Of a stretch of DNA of 64,000 nucleotides, positions 16,966 to 26,571 are shown in pieces (within the stretch, counting starts at the first letter, position 1; each line of letters opens with the position of its first letter). The stretch lies in the IMG/VR virus record IMGVR_UViG_3300021185_002720, positions 1-64,000 of that record; one strand, given 5' to 3'. A model generated the notes under the pieces. It saw only the letters and a list, made by a program, of their open reading frames with translations, had not been told where the DNA came from and did no database searches. The DNA is from a virus. The position numbers and the translations under genes were made by a program.

Positions 16966-18621
16966 ATGAGTAAAGATTTAGAATTTAATCACAAAGCTAG
17001 AGTAGGACTTTCAGAAGGTATCGAAAAATTAGCAAAGACTGTTGTATGTACTTTAGGTCCAGCAGGTAGGAATGTAATTATTGAACAAACAACAGGTAAT
17101 CCAATTTCTACTAAAGACGGAGTTACAGTTGCAAAGTCTATTGAATTAAAAGATCCATTAGAGAATATTGGAGCACAATTAGTTAAACAAGCATCTATTA
17201 AGACTGCAGAAGAAGCTGGTGATGGTACTACTACCTCTACACTACTAGCTAGAGAGATGTTTCAAAAAGGTTTAGGAACTATTGGAGATCATACTGCAGT
17301 ACAAGTTAAGAAAGGAATAGAACTCGCTACAGAAGACGTAGTTGAGTATTTAGAATCAGTAAGTAAAGATATAACGGACGAAGGACAGCTTAAACAGGTC
17401 GCTACTATCTCTGCCAATAACGATAATGAAGTTGGCGAATTGATTTCTACTGCTATGGAAAAAGTAGGACAGGATGGAGTTGTGTCAATCGAAGAATCAA
17501 AGACCGGAGAAACGTATTTAGAAACAGTTGAAGGAATGCAATTCAACAGAGGTTATAAGTCTCCATACTTCGTTACAGATAACAGCACCATGACTGCTGT
17601 TCTTCGTGATCCGTTTGTATTAATTACTGATAAAAGGTTGAACCAGGTGAAGGAGTTACTTCCTGTATTAGAAGCTGTTTCTCAACAAAATAAGTCTCTG
17701 TTAGTAATTGCAGACGATATCGATGGAGAAGCATTATCTACTATGGTAGTTAATAAGATGAGAGGTATTCTTCCTGTAGCTGCAGTTAAGGCTCCTGATT
17801 TTGGAGACAGAAAGAAAGCAACGTTAGAAGATATAGCAATCATAACAGGAGGTCAAGTAATCTCATCAGATAAAGGAATGAGATTGGATAAGTTTGATCC
17901 TGCTTGGTTAGGTAAAGCTGTTAAAGCTACTGTTTCAAAAGATACCTGTACTATTATTGATGCTAAAGGAGATGAAGAAAAGATTCAAGCTAGAGTAGAT
18001 GAGATCAGAACTCAGATAGACGAATCTAATTCACCTTTTGAGAAAGAAAATCTTCAAGACCGATTAGGTAAATTGATCGGCGGAGTTGCAGTGGTACACG
18101 TTGGTGGTCATACTGAAATAGAAATGAAAGAGAAGAAAGATAGAGTAGATGATGCTCTACATGCCACCAAGGCAGCTCTAGAAGAAGGTGTTTTACCTGG
18201 AGGAGGAGTAGCATTACTTAATGCTGCTAAAAAGATTAGAGATAAGAAAGATAAAGGTAGCTACAAAGATCTTACTGCTAGTGAGCAAGTAGGAATACAG
18301 ATACTTTTAGAATCAATAGAAAGACCATTCTATCAGATTCTTTTTAACGCTGGAATTGCTGAACCAGAAATCGATGAAATAAGAAAAGCGATTGAAAAGA
18401 AAACTAAAGATAAATGGTATGGTTATAACTCAAGAGTTGAAGACTTTGCTGATATGTTTAAAGAAGGTATTATCGATCCAACTAAAGTTACTAGGTTAGC
18501 ATTAGAGAATGCCGTATCAGTAGCTGGAACGATGTTAATCACTGAAGCAGTAGTATCGTTAGATAAAACTGAAGAAACAAAAGCACCATTAGACGCAGCT
18601 CAACAAATGTTACTAGGATAA
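16966..18621 (+). CDS. groEL: chaperonin GroEL
   Basis: [50 protein letters not shown]. Confidence 0.98.
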   Translation: MSKDLEFNHKARVGLSEGIEKLAKTVVCTLGPAGRNVIIEQTTGNPISTKDGVTVAKSIELKDPLENIGAQLVKQASIKTAEEAGDGTTTSTLLAREMFQKGLGTIGDHTAVQVKKGIELATEDVVEYLESVSKDITDEGQLKQVATISANNDNEVGELISTAMEKVGQDGVVSIEESKTGETYLETVEGMQFNRGYKSPYFVTDNSTMTAVLRDPFVLITDKRLNQVKELLPVLEAVSQQNKSLLVIADDIDGEALSTMVVNKMRGILPVAAVKAPDFGDRKKATLEDIAIITGGQVISSDKGMRLDKFDPAWLGKAVKATVSKDTCTIIDAKGDEEKIQARVDEIRTQIDESNSPFEKENLQDRLGKLIGGVAVVHVGGHTEIEMKEKKDRVDDALHATKAALEEGVLPGGGVALLNAAKKIRDKKDKGSYKDLTASEQVGIQILLESIERPFYQILFNAGIAEPEIDEIRKAIEKKTKDKWYGYNSRVEDFADMFKEGIIDPTKVTRLALENAVSVAGTMLITEAVVSLDKTEETKAPLDAAQQMLLG

Positions 18622-19370
18622 TGAAATATAAATTTATTACAGATTGGTTACGTAATTACAGTAAGGAAGCAAACGAAAAGACTTTTGTTGTTGGAGTAAG
18701 CGGCGGGATTGACTCCGCCGTTACCTCTACCTTATGTGCTCAAACAGGAGTACAGACATATGTAGTTTCACTTCCAATTGAGCAGAATAAAGAAGAACTT
18801 AGCAGAGCTGAAGCTCATATTGAGTGGCTCTGTAATAAGTACGATAACGTAGTTCCTTTACAGTTTAATTTAAATGAATTATTCTGGGCATTTAAAAATG
18901 TATTTGAAAAAGAAGATAAGTTAGCATTAGCTAATTCAAGATCTAGACTTAGGATGACTACATTGTATCATGCTGCTGCTATGGTTAATGGATTAGTAGT
19001 TGGTACAGGTAATAAGGTTGAAGACTTTGGAATAGGTTTCTATACAAAATATGGAGACGGAGGAGTTGATATTAGCCCAATAGCTGACCTAATGAAATCA
19101 GAAGTAAAAGAAGCAGCATGTGAATTAGGACTTCTTTTAGATATCATAGAAGCAAAACCTACAGATGGTCTATGGGACGACGGAAGAACAGATGAAGATC
19201 AAATCGGATGTACTTACGATGAATTAGAATGGGCAATGACTTTTGGAGGAGATAAAAGAAAGTTAACTAAAAGAAAAAAAGAAGTATTAAAAATATTCTA
19301 CGGTTTCCAACATAACAATAGGCATAAAATGGTTCCAATACCTATATGTCCAAATACTAAAGATGCATAA
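18621..19370 (+). CDS. nadE: NH3-dependent NAD+ synthetase
   Basis: GVSGGIDSAV, NSRSRLRM, GTGNKVE, GFYTKYGDGG, PTDGLW, DEDQIG. Confidence 0.95.
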   Translation: MKYKFITDWLRNYSKEANEKTFVVGVSGGIDSAVTSTLCAQTGVQTYVVSLPIEQNKEELSRAEAHIEWLCNKYDNVVPLQFNLNELFWAFKNVFEKEDKLALANSRSRLRMTTLYHAAAMVNGLVVGTGNKVEDFGIGFYTKYGDGGVDISPIADLMKSEVKEAACELGLLLDIIEAKPTDGLWDDGRTDEDQIGCTYDELEWAMTFGGDKRKLTKRKKEVLKIFYGFQHNNRHKMVPIPICPNTKDA

Positions 19371-19848
19371 CCGAAAAGAAATTTTAACTTTAATGTTTGT
19401 GCTGTTAGCAGTATTTGTTAGATTGGCTCCACACCCTCCTAATTTTACACCTATAACAGCCTTAGCTTTATTTGGAGCTACAACATTTAGTAACAGAGTG
19501 TTAGGAACACTACTACCATTAATTGCATTAGCAATATCAGATCTTTATTTAGGTTTCTATTCTATATCAATTTGGGTCTACAGTTCTTTCTTAGCCATCA
19601 GTTTACTAGGTCACTACTGGAAGACGATTAAGACTAAAAATATACTAATGAGCAGTTTACTATTTTTCATTGTTACTAACTTTGGAGTATGGTTAACTGG
19701 TTATCCTAAAACTATAGAAGGGTTTGTACTTTGTTATACTTTAGCAATTCCTTTCTTCATTAACGCAATAGCAGGAGATTTATTTTTCAGCTATATCTTA
19801 AAGTATAGTTATTCATTCACTAAATATAAATTAATTAAACAATTATGA
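19363..19848 (+). CDS. multi-pass membrane protein (DUF6580-like putative transporter component)
   Basis: RLAPHPPNFTPITALALFG, SDLYLG, FFIVTNFGVW, CYTLAIPFF. Confidence 0.75.
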   Translation: MHNRKEILTLMFVLLAVFVRLAPHPPNFTPITALALFGATTFSNRVLGTLLPLIALAISDLYLGFYSISIWVYSSFLAISLLGHYWKTIKTKNILMSSLLFFIVTNFGVWLTGYPKTIEGFVLCYTLAIPFFINAIAGDLFFSYILKYSYSFTKYKLIKQL

Positions 19849-20015
19849 ACAAAGAAGAATTATTCGATGAAATTGCAGAGCAATTTAACATCCTAGCTGA
19901 AAACAATAGCGGGACTACAAAAGCTTCTCAAGCAAGAGCTAGAAAAGCAGCAGGAGAGATTAAAAAGTTGATTACTCCTTACAAAAAAGCGAACATGGAG
20001 GCAACGAAGGCGTAG
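19845..20015 (+). CDS. histone H1-like (Hc1-type) small basic protein, 56 aa
   Basis: MNKEELFDEIAEQFNILAENNSGTTKASQARARKAAGEIKKLITPYKKAN..., carrying the KAxxxRARK pattern of the Bacteroidota/Chlamydia Hc1 family; not in the ORF track. Confidence 0.75.
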   Translation: MNKEELFDEIAEQFNILAENNSGTTKASQARARKAAGEIKKLITPYKKANMEATKA

Positions 20016-20062
20016 GGGGGCGTTTCTCTCTAACCGACGAAGTCGCCACGCGCGAATTTAAC

Positions 20063-20093
20063 AAACCCTGCCCTAACCGGTGGGGTTTTTTTT
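20063..20093 (+). terminator. intrinsic terminator
   Basis: AAACCCTGCC-CTAACC-GGTGGGGTTT followed by a T-run. Confidence 0.75.
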
Positions 20094-20151
20094 GTGAAAT
20101 AGTTGGTAAAGTAAGAAAAAGACTGTATAGGGGAACCTTCCGGAAAAGCAT

Positions 20152-20184
20152 AGTTGGATATTTATAATAAAAATCGTATATTGT
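20152..20184 (+). promoter_or_regulatory. Bacteroidota-type promoter with an embedded TATTTATA box
   Basis: AGTTGGATATTTATAATAAAAATCGTATATTG; consensus spacing. Confidence 0.6.
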
Positions 20185-20209
20185 AATATGGAATTTATTT
20201 ACTTTAGTG

Positions 20210-20365
20210 ATGAGTGGAACGAAAAAAGAAAAGACGGCGATAAAACTAGAGCAGGTGGTACTCACCCACCAAGAATGGCTCCATGCTCTGCGCATGCCTA
20301 CGCCAGTGAAGAACAAGAAGAAATATACCAGAAAAACAAAACACAGAAATGATAGAGCACTTTAG
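20210..20365 (+). CDS. small basic protein with KNKKKYTRKxKH tail (51 aa)
   Basis: MSGTKKEK...LRMPTPVKNKKKYTRKTKHRNDRAL; an overlapping alternative-frame ORF 20188..20352 also exists. Confidence 0.5.
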   Translation: MSGTKKEKTAIKLEQVVLTHQEWLHALRMPTPVKNKKKYTRKTKHRNDRAL

Positions 20366-20651
20366 AAATTATATAGGCTATTATTTTATTGCAGCAGCAA
20401 TTTTGCTTATAGTTGCAGGAGAATATTTTACAGGAGTCTTAATTGGGTTTGTAACCGTGTTAAAGGTACCGCCATTTGATTGGGTTGGAAGAGCAATGGA
20501 CTGGTCAGCAGGAATTGGGCATAGATATGGATTGAAGCTTAAAGCCTGGAAAGAAAAGCAATCAAAACCAGTTAGGATACTGGTAACAATAATTGCTGCA
20601 ATCCTGGTCTTTTTAATATGGTGGAATATGCCTGAATGTGAGTTATGTTAA
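20349..20651 (+). CDS. membrane protein
   Basis: Two to three hydrophobic segments. Confidence 0.7.
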   Translation: MIEHFRNYIGYYFIAAAILLIVAGEYFTGVLIGFVTVLKVPPFDWVGRAMDWSAGIGHRYGLKLKAWKEKQSKPVRILVTIIAAILVFLIWWNMPECELC

Positions 20652-21127
20652 AAGATTATATTAGAGAAGTGCCCGACTTTCCAAAAAAAGGGATTAACTA
20701 TAAAGACATACAACCTTTACTTGCAGACGATAATGCATTCTTCGATGCTCTATACGACTTAGGAGAATTAGTTGATATTGAAAAAGTAGATTACTTTGTA
20801 GGGATCGAGTCGCGTGGGTTTATATTCGCGTCCGCGCTTGCCGCTATGAATATGAAAGGCTTTAAAATGATCCGTAAAGCAGGAAAATTACCTCCTGCTA
20901 ATTTAGTATCTATAGAATATGGATTAGAGTACGGTAGAGATACCATAGAAATAGAAAAAGGTTTTGGAAATGTTGTAATTGTTGATGATGTATTCGCGAC
21001 CGGAGGAACAATGACAGCAGCCGAAATGATCTGCGAACTTGCAGGGTACCAAGTAGTAGATAGTATTTGCTTACTTGATATTGGAATCAACAAAAAACAT
21101 ACTACAAAATGCCTAATATCTTATTAG
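20645..21127 (+). CDS. apt: adenine phosphoribosyltransferase
   Basis: IREVPDFPKKGINYKDI, GIESRGF, RKAGKLP, YGLEYG, VVIVDDVFATGGT. Confidence 0.95.
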   Translation: MLKDYIREVPDFPKKGINYKDIQPLLADDNAFFDALYDLGELVDIEKVDYFVGIESRGFIFASALAAMNMKGFKMIRKAGKLPPANLVSIEYGLEYGRDTIEIEKGFGNVVIVDDVFATGGTMTAAEMICELAGYQVVDSICLLDIGINKKHTTKCLISY

Positions 21128-21642
21128 TATCAGCTACAAAGCTTGAACATCACGATACAGAAATAAATGGAGTGCCTATACATATAATTGGTATAGGAAA
21201 AGTTGAAGCAGCTCTCAATACCTATAAACTTATACAGAAGTATAAACCTGACCATGTAGTGAATTTTGGTTCATGTGGCAGTCTTTGTTCTGCTAGAATA
21301 GGAGAAGTTATTGAAGTTGGAGAAGTATACGATGACTTTTATGGATGTGTAGTACCAGAACATTCAAGTATAAAAGTAAGTAATACTAAAGTTAAATTAT
21401 TTACTACAGATATATTTTATGACTCTTCAGCAACCTATAGTAATTCGTATGTTGAAAATCTCCGTAAATGTGATTTAGTAGATATGGAGGGATATTCTAT
21501 AGCAAAAGTTTGTTTATCTGAAAATATTTCCGTATCTTTATTTAAATGGATTAGCGACTCTGGAGACAGTACAGATTGGAGAGCTAATGCTTCAATAGGA
21601 TATAATAATTTTAAAAAGGTTTTCAATGAGCGATTCAGTTAA
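21109..21642 (+). CDS. MTA/SAH nucleosidase-like (PNP/UDP phosphorylase family)
   Basis: GIGKVEAA, VNFGSCG, VDMEGYSIA, KWISD. Confidence 0.85.
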   Translation: MPNILLVSATKLEHHDTEINGVPIHIIGIGKVEAALNTYKLIQKYKPDHVVNFGSCGSLCSARIGEVIEVGEVYDDFYGCVVPEHSSIKVSNTKVKLFTTDIFYDSSATYSNSYVENLRKCDLVDMEGYSIAKVCLSENISVSLFKWISDSGDSTDWRANASIGYNNFKKVFNERFS

Positions 21643-21862
21643 GAAGTATCACGAATTAGTAGAAGAAGGAGTTTATGATAATAAACTATCTCCAGAAGAA
21701 CAAAGGGATAATAAAATAATGGAACTACTTGCTAAGGCAGCTAAAGCAAATAAATTAGCACAAGTCGAAATACGAGCAGAAGAAGTTAAAAAAGAATTTG
21801 GAACAACAAGCTTGCTACTTGGTTTAGAGATAGCAGTTGATGAATTAGTTAAAGATGAGTGA
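21626..21862 (+). CDS. hypothetical protein
   Basis: Coupled ORF; no motif recognised. Confidence 0.65.
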   Translation: MSDSVKKYHELVEEGVYDNKLSPEEQRDNKIMELLAKAAKANKLAQVEIRAEEVKKEFGTTSLLLGLEIAVDELVKDE

Positions 21863-22373
21863 TAGATATGAAATGCAGATTCATAAGAGTGAATTTAAGC
21901 CTCTGCGAATCGATAATTCATTTTCTATAAAAGTAATAGATAAATTTGAAGACGGAGAAGAACATTTCAAACAGTTTATTGAGTCAATAGATATTAACTT
22001 AAGTGATTGGGATGAAAGGCCAACTTTAAATGATGTTAAAGATAGATTAAACGGAGTATCAAAATGTACTTTATTTTTTCATGAAGATATAAAAGAGGCT
22101 ATCGGATGGGGGTGGTTCTCTAGTGTGTTTACATATGACTGGGTAAATGAAGTGCATCCTCTACCTACTGATAATTCAACATACTGGGGAGGAACATATA
22201 TACGTAAAGAATTAGACATACCAAAAACTACAGGCTTACAAATGTATAACCACGGGTTTGAATTATTTCTTAGCTTTAGTGATTATATGTACGGCTATAT
22301 GGATAGCTGGAATAAAGCACCTATCAAGATTTGTCATAAGATAGGCGGCCGTGAATTTAAATTTATACAATGA
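21855..22373 (+). CDS. GNAT-like acyltransferase
   Basis: AIGWGW strand, YIRK...G, DSWNKAPIKICHKIG (N-x-x-(A/S)-x-x-x-x-x-K-x-G GNAT motif). Confidence 0.55.
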   Translation: MSDRYEMQIHKSEFKPLRIDNSFSIKVIDKFEDGEEHFKQFIESIDINLSDWDERPTLNDVKDRLNGVSKCTLFFHEDIKEAIGWGWFSSVFTYDWVNEVHPLPTDNSTYWGGTYIRKELDIPKTTGLQMYNHGFELFLSFSDYMYGYMDSWNKAPIKICHKIGGREFKFIQ

Positions 22374-22879
22374 TATTAGAAATAGAACAAGACATAGTAA
22401 CATTACTAGAAGAGTTTCTCGATATAGTTCCTAAGGCTGGTGAAAAGCAAATGGATAGATTAGAGAAGATAGCTCCCGGTTTAGTTCATTTCAATAGATT
22501 TACAGAAGACTCTAATGAAACAGATATTGACTTCTATTCAGTAGATAATGAAAACTTTAATACAGCATTAGCCGCAGCTTTAAAAATAGACCTATACAAC
22601 CCAATTACAATCCATAGAGTAAATTATAACGTAGGAGGTAAAGCATTAGAACATAAAGATGAAAATTCTCTTCATACTTACGTAATAATGTTGGACGATA
22701 ATTTTGAAGGAGGAGATTTTTACCTTAGAGGTGAACTTACAGACTTTAGACGAAGAGGCCAAGTTGCATACTATATGGGTATGGATGCTGCTCATAGTGT
22801 ATCGGAAGTAACAAAAGGCTCAAGAAAAGTACTTGTAGTATGGTACAGAGGAACAAAACCAGAATTTAAAACATTATGA
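22370..22879 (+). CDS. 2OG-Fe(II) oxygenase
   Basis: HKD, LDDNFEGGDF, HSVSEVTKGSRKVLVVW. Confidence 0.88.
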   Translation: MILEIEQDIVTLLEEFLDIVPKAGEKQMDRLEKIAPGLVHFNRFTEDSNETDIDFYSVDNENFNTALAAALKIDLYNPITIHRVNYNVGGKALEHKDENSLHTYVIMLDDNFEGGDFYLRGELTDFRRRGQVAYYMGMDAAHSVSEVTKGSRKVLVVWYRGTKPEFKTL

Positions 22880-23586
22880 GTATAAAGCTCATCAGCTGCA
22901 TTGGATTAGACTACGATAGACCGTTGCTCTCCCACTTTCTCAAGCATTATAGAGCATTGGATATTGATAGTATTCATTTGATTATACACAAAAAATCTAA
23001 ATTTAATATTCAAGAGATTTATGATGAATTTGGAGATGATTTAATTTTAGAGAAATGGGTTGGACTATTTGACGGTGTTACTAAAACCAGCAAACTAAAT
23101 AAAATAATAGAGAACACAGAAGAAGATTATATCATGATGGCTGATGTAGATGAACACCAGATATGGGATACACCAGTTAATGAGTATTTAAATGTGAGTA
23201 ACTTTAGATGGGGTAAATTAATTGATAGAGAGTCTAAAGAAAAACAATTAATCGAAGTTACTGATGCCCCGTTGGATGAACAGTTTCCTTTAGTGACTAA
23301 TAGAACTATATGGACTGATTTATTTAAACCATGTTTATTTCCATCTACTGATAGATTAGCTAGTCCTCATCATTTAATTATTAATCATAACAATAACAAA
23401 GATATTATAGACATACATCATTACAGATGGGTTGCTGGACGATTAGAGAAAACAAAAGAAAGAAAAGATCATTATACTGAGTTAAATAAAACAGGATACC
23501 ACTTAGAAAAATCTCCATGGAAAACTATTCCTAACTGGGAAGGAGATTACATATTAAGAATGTATAAACCGGGTAAGTTAATATGA
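22876..23586 (+). CDS. glycosyltransferase (GT-A fold, GT2-like)
   Basis: LSHFLKHYRALDID, IMMADVDEH, IHHYRW. Confidence 0.65.
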   Translation: MSIKLISCIGLDYDRPLLSHFLKHYRALDIDSIHLIIHKKSKFNIQEIYDEFGDDLILEKWVGLFDGVTKTSKLNKIIENTEEDYIMMADVDEHQIWDTPVNEYLNVSNFRWGKLIDRESKEKQLIEVTDAPLDEQFPLVTNRTIWTDLFKPCLFPSTDRLASPHHLIINHNNNKDIIDIHHYRWVAGRLEKTKERKDHYTELNKTGYHLEKSPWKTIPNWEGDYILRMYKPGKLI

Positions 23587-24314
23587 AGCAAGTAACTACA
23601 GTCTTATCGGTTGTTAAGAGATTAGAGTATTTTAAATCTCAAATTGATGCGATAGAATCTCAAACTATAGATTCAGATATATTTGTAATATGGAGAAATG
23701 CCTCTGAGTATTCATTTCCTTATCCTAGTATTATATATAAAAATGAAACGCAACATTTCAATTCCCTATACGGTAGGTTCTATAACTCACTTCATATAAA
23801 AACACCATATACGTTTATAGTAGATGATGACATTTTACCTGGAGGAAAATATATAGAAAGATGTATTAATTTTAGTAAAGAACATAACGATAAAGTTGTA
23901 ATTGCTACATACGGGGTTAATTTTAAATCTAATACTTCTAAATATACTCCAAAAGAAAGAATAGGACCTGAGGTATTTTTAAAAGAACCTAAAAAAGTAG
24001 ATATGGGAGGTCAAGGATGGTTTATGAAAACTGAACTTTTACAGCATTTCCTTTACGATAGTATATTTAACGAAGGCTCAGGGGAAGATTTACATTATTC
24101 TTATTGTTTATTCAAGAATAAAGTACCTATTTATATAATAGATAAGGATGTTAACGACTCTAAAACTTGGCAAGACCTTACTTTAGGTAAAAGAGGGGAA
24201 GACGATCAAGCTCAATGGAAGCAAACTCAACATTTAGACATAAGAAATAAAGTTTTAAAACACTATACTACCAAAGGATGGCTTTCCGGAAGAGGAAATT
24301 CTACCTTAATTTAG
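23583..24314 (+). CDS. glycosyltransferase (GT-A fold)
   Basis: QIDAIESQT, GRF, FIVDDDILPG, SGEDLHYSY. Confidence 0.7.
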   Translation: MKQVTTVLSVVKRLEYFKSQIDAIESQTIDSDIFVIWRNASEYSFPYPSIIYKNETQHFNSLYGRFYNSLHIKTPYTFIVDDDILPGGKYIERCINFSKEHNDKVVIATYGVNFKSNTSKYTPKERIGPEVFLKEPKKVDMGGQGWFMKTELLQHFLYDSIFNEGSGEDLHYSYCLFKNKVPIYIIDKDVNDSKTWQDLTLGKRGEDDQAQWKQTQHLDIRNKVLKHYTTKGWLSGRGNSTLI

Positions 24315-24368
24315 TAAATGCAAATTTACCGATATTTATAAACATAAAGAGAATTATATAATACCATT

Positions 24369-25784
24369 ATGAAAGGAACACTATTATCATTCGATTACGT
24401 TAGATCACCGGAAGGAGATTTAAAGTTCATTGAGATGAACACTGATACGACGATCGCAGCCGATCAAATAGAACCATCTATTAATTGGGACGGTTTGTTC
24501 ACAGTTATGCAAGACATTAGCGCTACAAAGCTTGATGTTATTTACAAACCAGAAATACATCAACCAATTGTAAACCACTTATCTGCATCAGCAATGTCTC
24601 CGTCAGGGAGCTTTATTACTGATTTTACACATCATAAAGAAGATTACAGAAGTATCTTCCCAACTGCTGTAGAAGATGCAGCTGATAAATTTATTTTAAG
24701 ATTAGCTTACGATGATAATGCTATTTTAGATAACACATATTGTGCTACTGGACACGCACCACTTCAATTGCTTAATGAATATAATTCTTCAAGCTTAGCA
24801 GTTCCTTTCTTTTATAGTGGTAGTGAAGGAGAAGTAGATTTATTAACAACATCTTCTAACAGCCTTAACATTCCAGATCTTGCAGTTAAGACAAAAAGAG
24901 ATACTTGGGATGCATTAAAGTTTGTAAAGGTAAGAGACTGGAGTACAGTAAAAGGAGAATTAAAAGAAGATTACTTCTTAACTAATTACTTAATTCACCC
25001 TTCTTCTGAAGATACAGAAAATGCAGTTAGTTCTTATAGATCTTATGGTATTGCTTACGGCGGAGGATTGAACTATATGCCTCTTGGAGGTTTCCAACAG
25101 TACTCTCAATTTAGTATTCCAGAGGTTCTTGATCTTGCTGATGATGGAATGAATAAAGTACTAGATAACAAACACTACTATGAGTATTCAACTAGTACTA
25201 TAAAAAGTAAGCAAAATTATAACGGAGTATTCACTACAGAGAGACTTTTAGCAGCAGATAATGGAGCTTTACAAGCTAGTGAAATAAATACTGGACAGGC
25301 AATGAAAGGTTTTCACATACCTGGCTCACCTGACACAGAAGATAAAGCTACTTACATAGCATGGAGACATGTAGGGAAATCTTTACCTGCTAATTCTGGA
25401 GTTACTTCTTCGGTAGCAGTAGCAGCTTCAAAAGTATATCCAAATATTCATAATGATCTGTTTTCAATTCATCCTTCTGGATCTACGGAACCAGTTTATA
25501 TAGGAGTTGATGCTGCAATTATTACTTATAATTCAGGTTCAGATACATGGGCATATAGAGCACCACATCAAATCAATCAAGATTTAGATTACATCTTTAA
25601 CACAGATAGTGAATTAGTTCCAATCTCATCATCACAGCATATTATTCTTCATCAACCTACAGGAAGTTTCTTTACTGTCGATATTGAAACAAATGATAAC
25701 TTAGTTGTTGATACAGCAGATTCGAATAATGAAATTGTAATATCTTTTCACAATCCACCAGCAAAAATTGAACCACCAAAATAA
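24369..25784 (+). CDS. circularly permuted ATP-grasp-like domain fused to a C-terminal Hint-like domain
   Basis: N-terminal SFDYVRSPEGDLKFIEMNT, later AVK...NY...YRSY; C-terminal GVFTTERLLAADNGALQASEINTGQ...FFTVDIETNDNLVV...SFHN-PPAKIEPPK. Confidence 0.55.
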   Translation: MKGTLLSFDYVRSPEGDLKFIEMNTDTTIAADQIEPSINWDGLFTVMQDISATKLDVIYKPEIHQPIVNHLSASAMSPSGSFITDFTHHKEDYRSIFPTAVEDAADKFILRLAYDDNAILDNTYCATGHAPLQLLNEYNSSSLAVPFFYSGSEGEVDLLTTSSNSLNIPDLAVKTKRDTWDALKFVKVRDWSTVKGELKEDYFLTNYLIHPSSEDTENAVSSYRSYGIAYGGGLNYMPLGGFQQYSQFSIPEVLDLADDGMNKVLDNKHYYEYSTSTIKSKQNYNGVFTTERLLAADNGALQASEINTGQAMKGFHIPGSPDTEDKATYIAWRHVGKSLPANSGVTSSVAVAASKVYPNIHNDLFSIHPSGSTEPVYIGVDAAIITYNSGSDTWAYRAPHQINQDLDYIFNTDSELVPISSSQHIILHQPTGSFFTVDIETNDNLVVDTADSNNEIVISFHNPPAKIEPPK

Positions 25785-25793
25785 TAGTATAAT

Positions 25794-25961
25794 ATGAATA
25801 AGCCAATCGATCCTTCATTAATTTATAGATCTAAACAAACAGCTACATCACCAACGGGTGAAGTTGAATTAGGAACTTCAAAAGTTACTTATGAAGATAT
25901 ACAAGAAATGAATGTTATTTCTGAAAAGATCCTTTCTTTGATTGTACAAAAACATTCATAA
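25794..25961 (+). CDS. small hypothetical protein (55 aa)
   Basis: MNKPIDPSLIYRSKQTATSPTGEVELG...LIVQKHS directly after the ATP-grasp/Hint gene. Confidence 0.65.
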   Translation: MNKPIDPSLIYRSKQTATSPTGEVELGTSKVTYEDIQEMNVISEKILSLIVQKHS

Positions 25962-25975
25962 TTAACTAGTAAAAA

Positions 25976-26008
25976 AGTTGTTTTTATAAGATATATTTCT
26001 TATATTGT
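25976..26008 (+). promoter_or_regulatory. Bacteroidota-type promoter, probably leaderless transcript
   Basis: AGTTG-N17-TCTTATATTG then TAATATG (ATG 26012). Confidence 0.7.
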
Positions 26009-26011
26009 AAT

Positions 26012-26530
26012 ATGGTTACATCGTTAATATTACCCTATAAACCTTCGCATGAGCTGAAGTGGTTAGAGAAATTCTTTAAGAAAGACTACTACAAGAAACC
26101 GTATGATAGATTCATGTGGTGGAGAAGCTATACCCCTAAACAGAAACCTCTTACTAATCGTCATGATTTGAGAGAACGTATCCTTAATGGAGATTTCGAT
26201 GTGGCTCCCTATGCTTTCGAAGCACAGATAGTCGAACATAGAATGAATAAGATCTTTGAGGAGTGTAAGGGATATGAAGACGTTTACAGAGAGAAGACTC
26301 AAGTAGATAAAGCAAGACGTAAGAGGCTATTAGAAGACTATGAAAAAGAAGAAGCCAGACGATTAGATGAATTGAAAAAAGCATTTGTTCTTAAGTTTAA
26401 GATGACTAAAGAGCAATACGAAAAAGAGGTAGTTAATACTAGGGCTCGTAACCTTATTAGCTTTTACGATAAAATGGAAGCAAAATACGGTACGTACTGG
26501 AAGCCTCTTAGTTATCCAAAGAAAACTTAG
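26012..26530 (+). CDS. hypothetical protein
   Basis: 172-aa ORF with its own promoter. Confidence 0.75.
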   Translation: MVTSLILPYKPSHELKWLEKFFKKDYYKKPYDRFMWWRSYTPKQKPLTNRHDLRERILNGDFDVAPYAFEAQIVEHRMNKIFEECKGYEDVYREKTQVDKARRKRLLEDYEKEEARRLDELKKAFVLKFKMTKEQYEKEVVNTRARNLISFYDKMEAKYGTYWKPLSYPKKT

Positions 26531-26571
26531 TATATTTATATAAACACAGTGTTAATCAAAATCAAAAATTC

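Noticed and set aside
19972-20316. Minus-strand 114-aa ORF across the GC-rich spacer
   Set aside because: Opposes the uniform + strand organisation and crosses a + strand terminator, promoter and small ORFs.
24369-25784. Canonical splicing intein in the ATP-grasp gene
   Set aside because: No N-terminal Cys/Ser nucleophile at the predicted start and the +1 residue after HN is Pro, so splicing is unlikely; kept only as a cleavage-type Hint domain.
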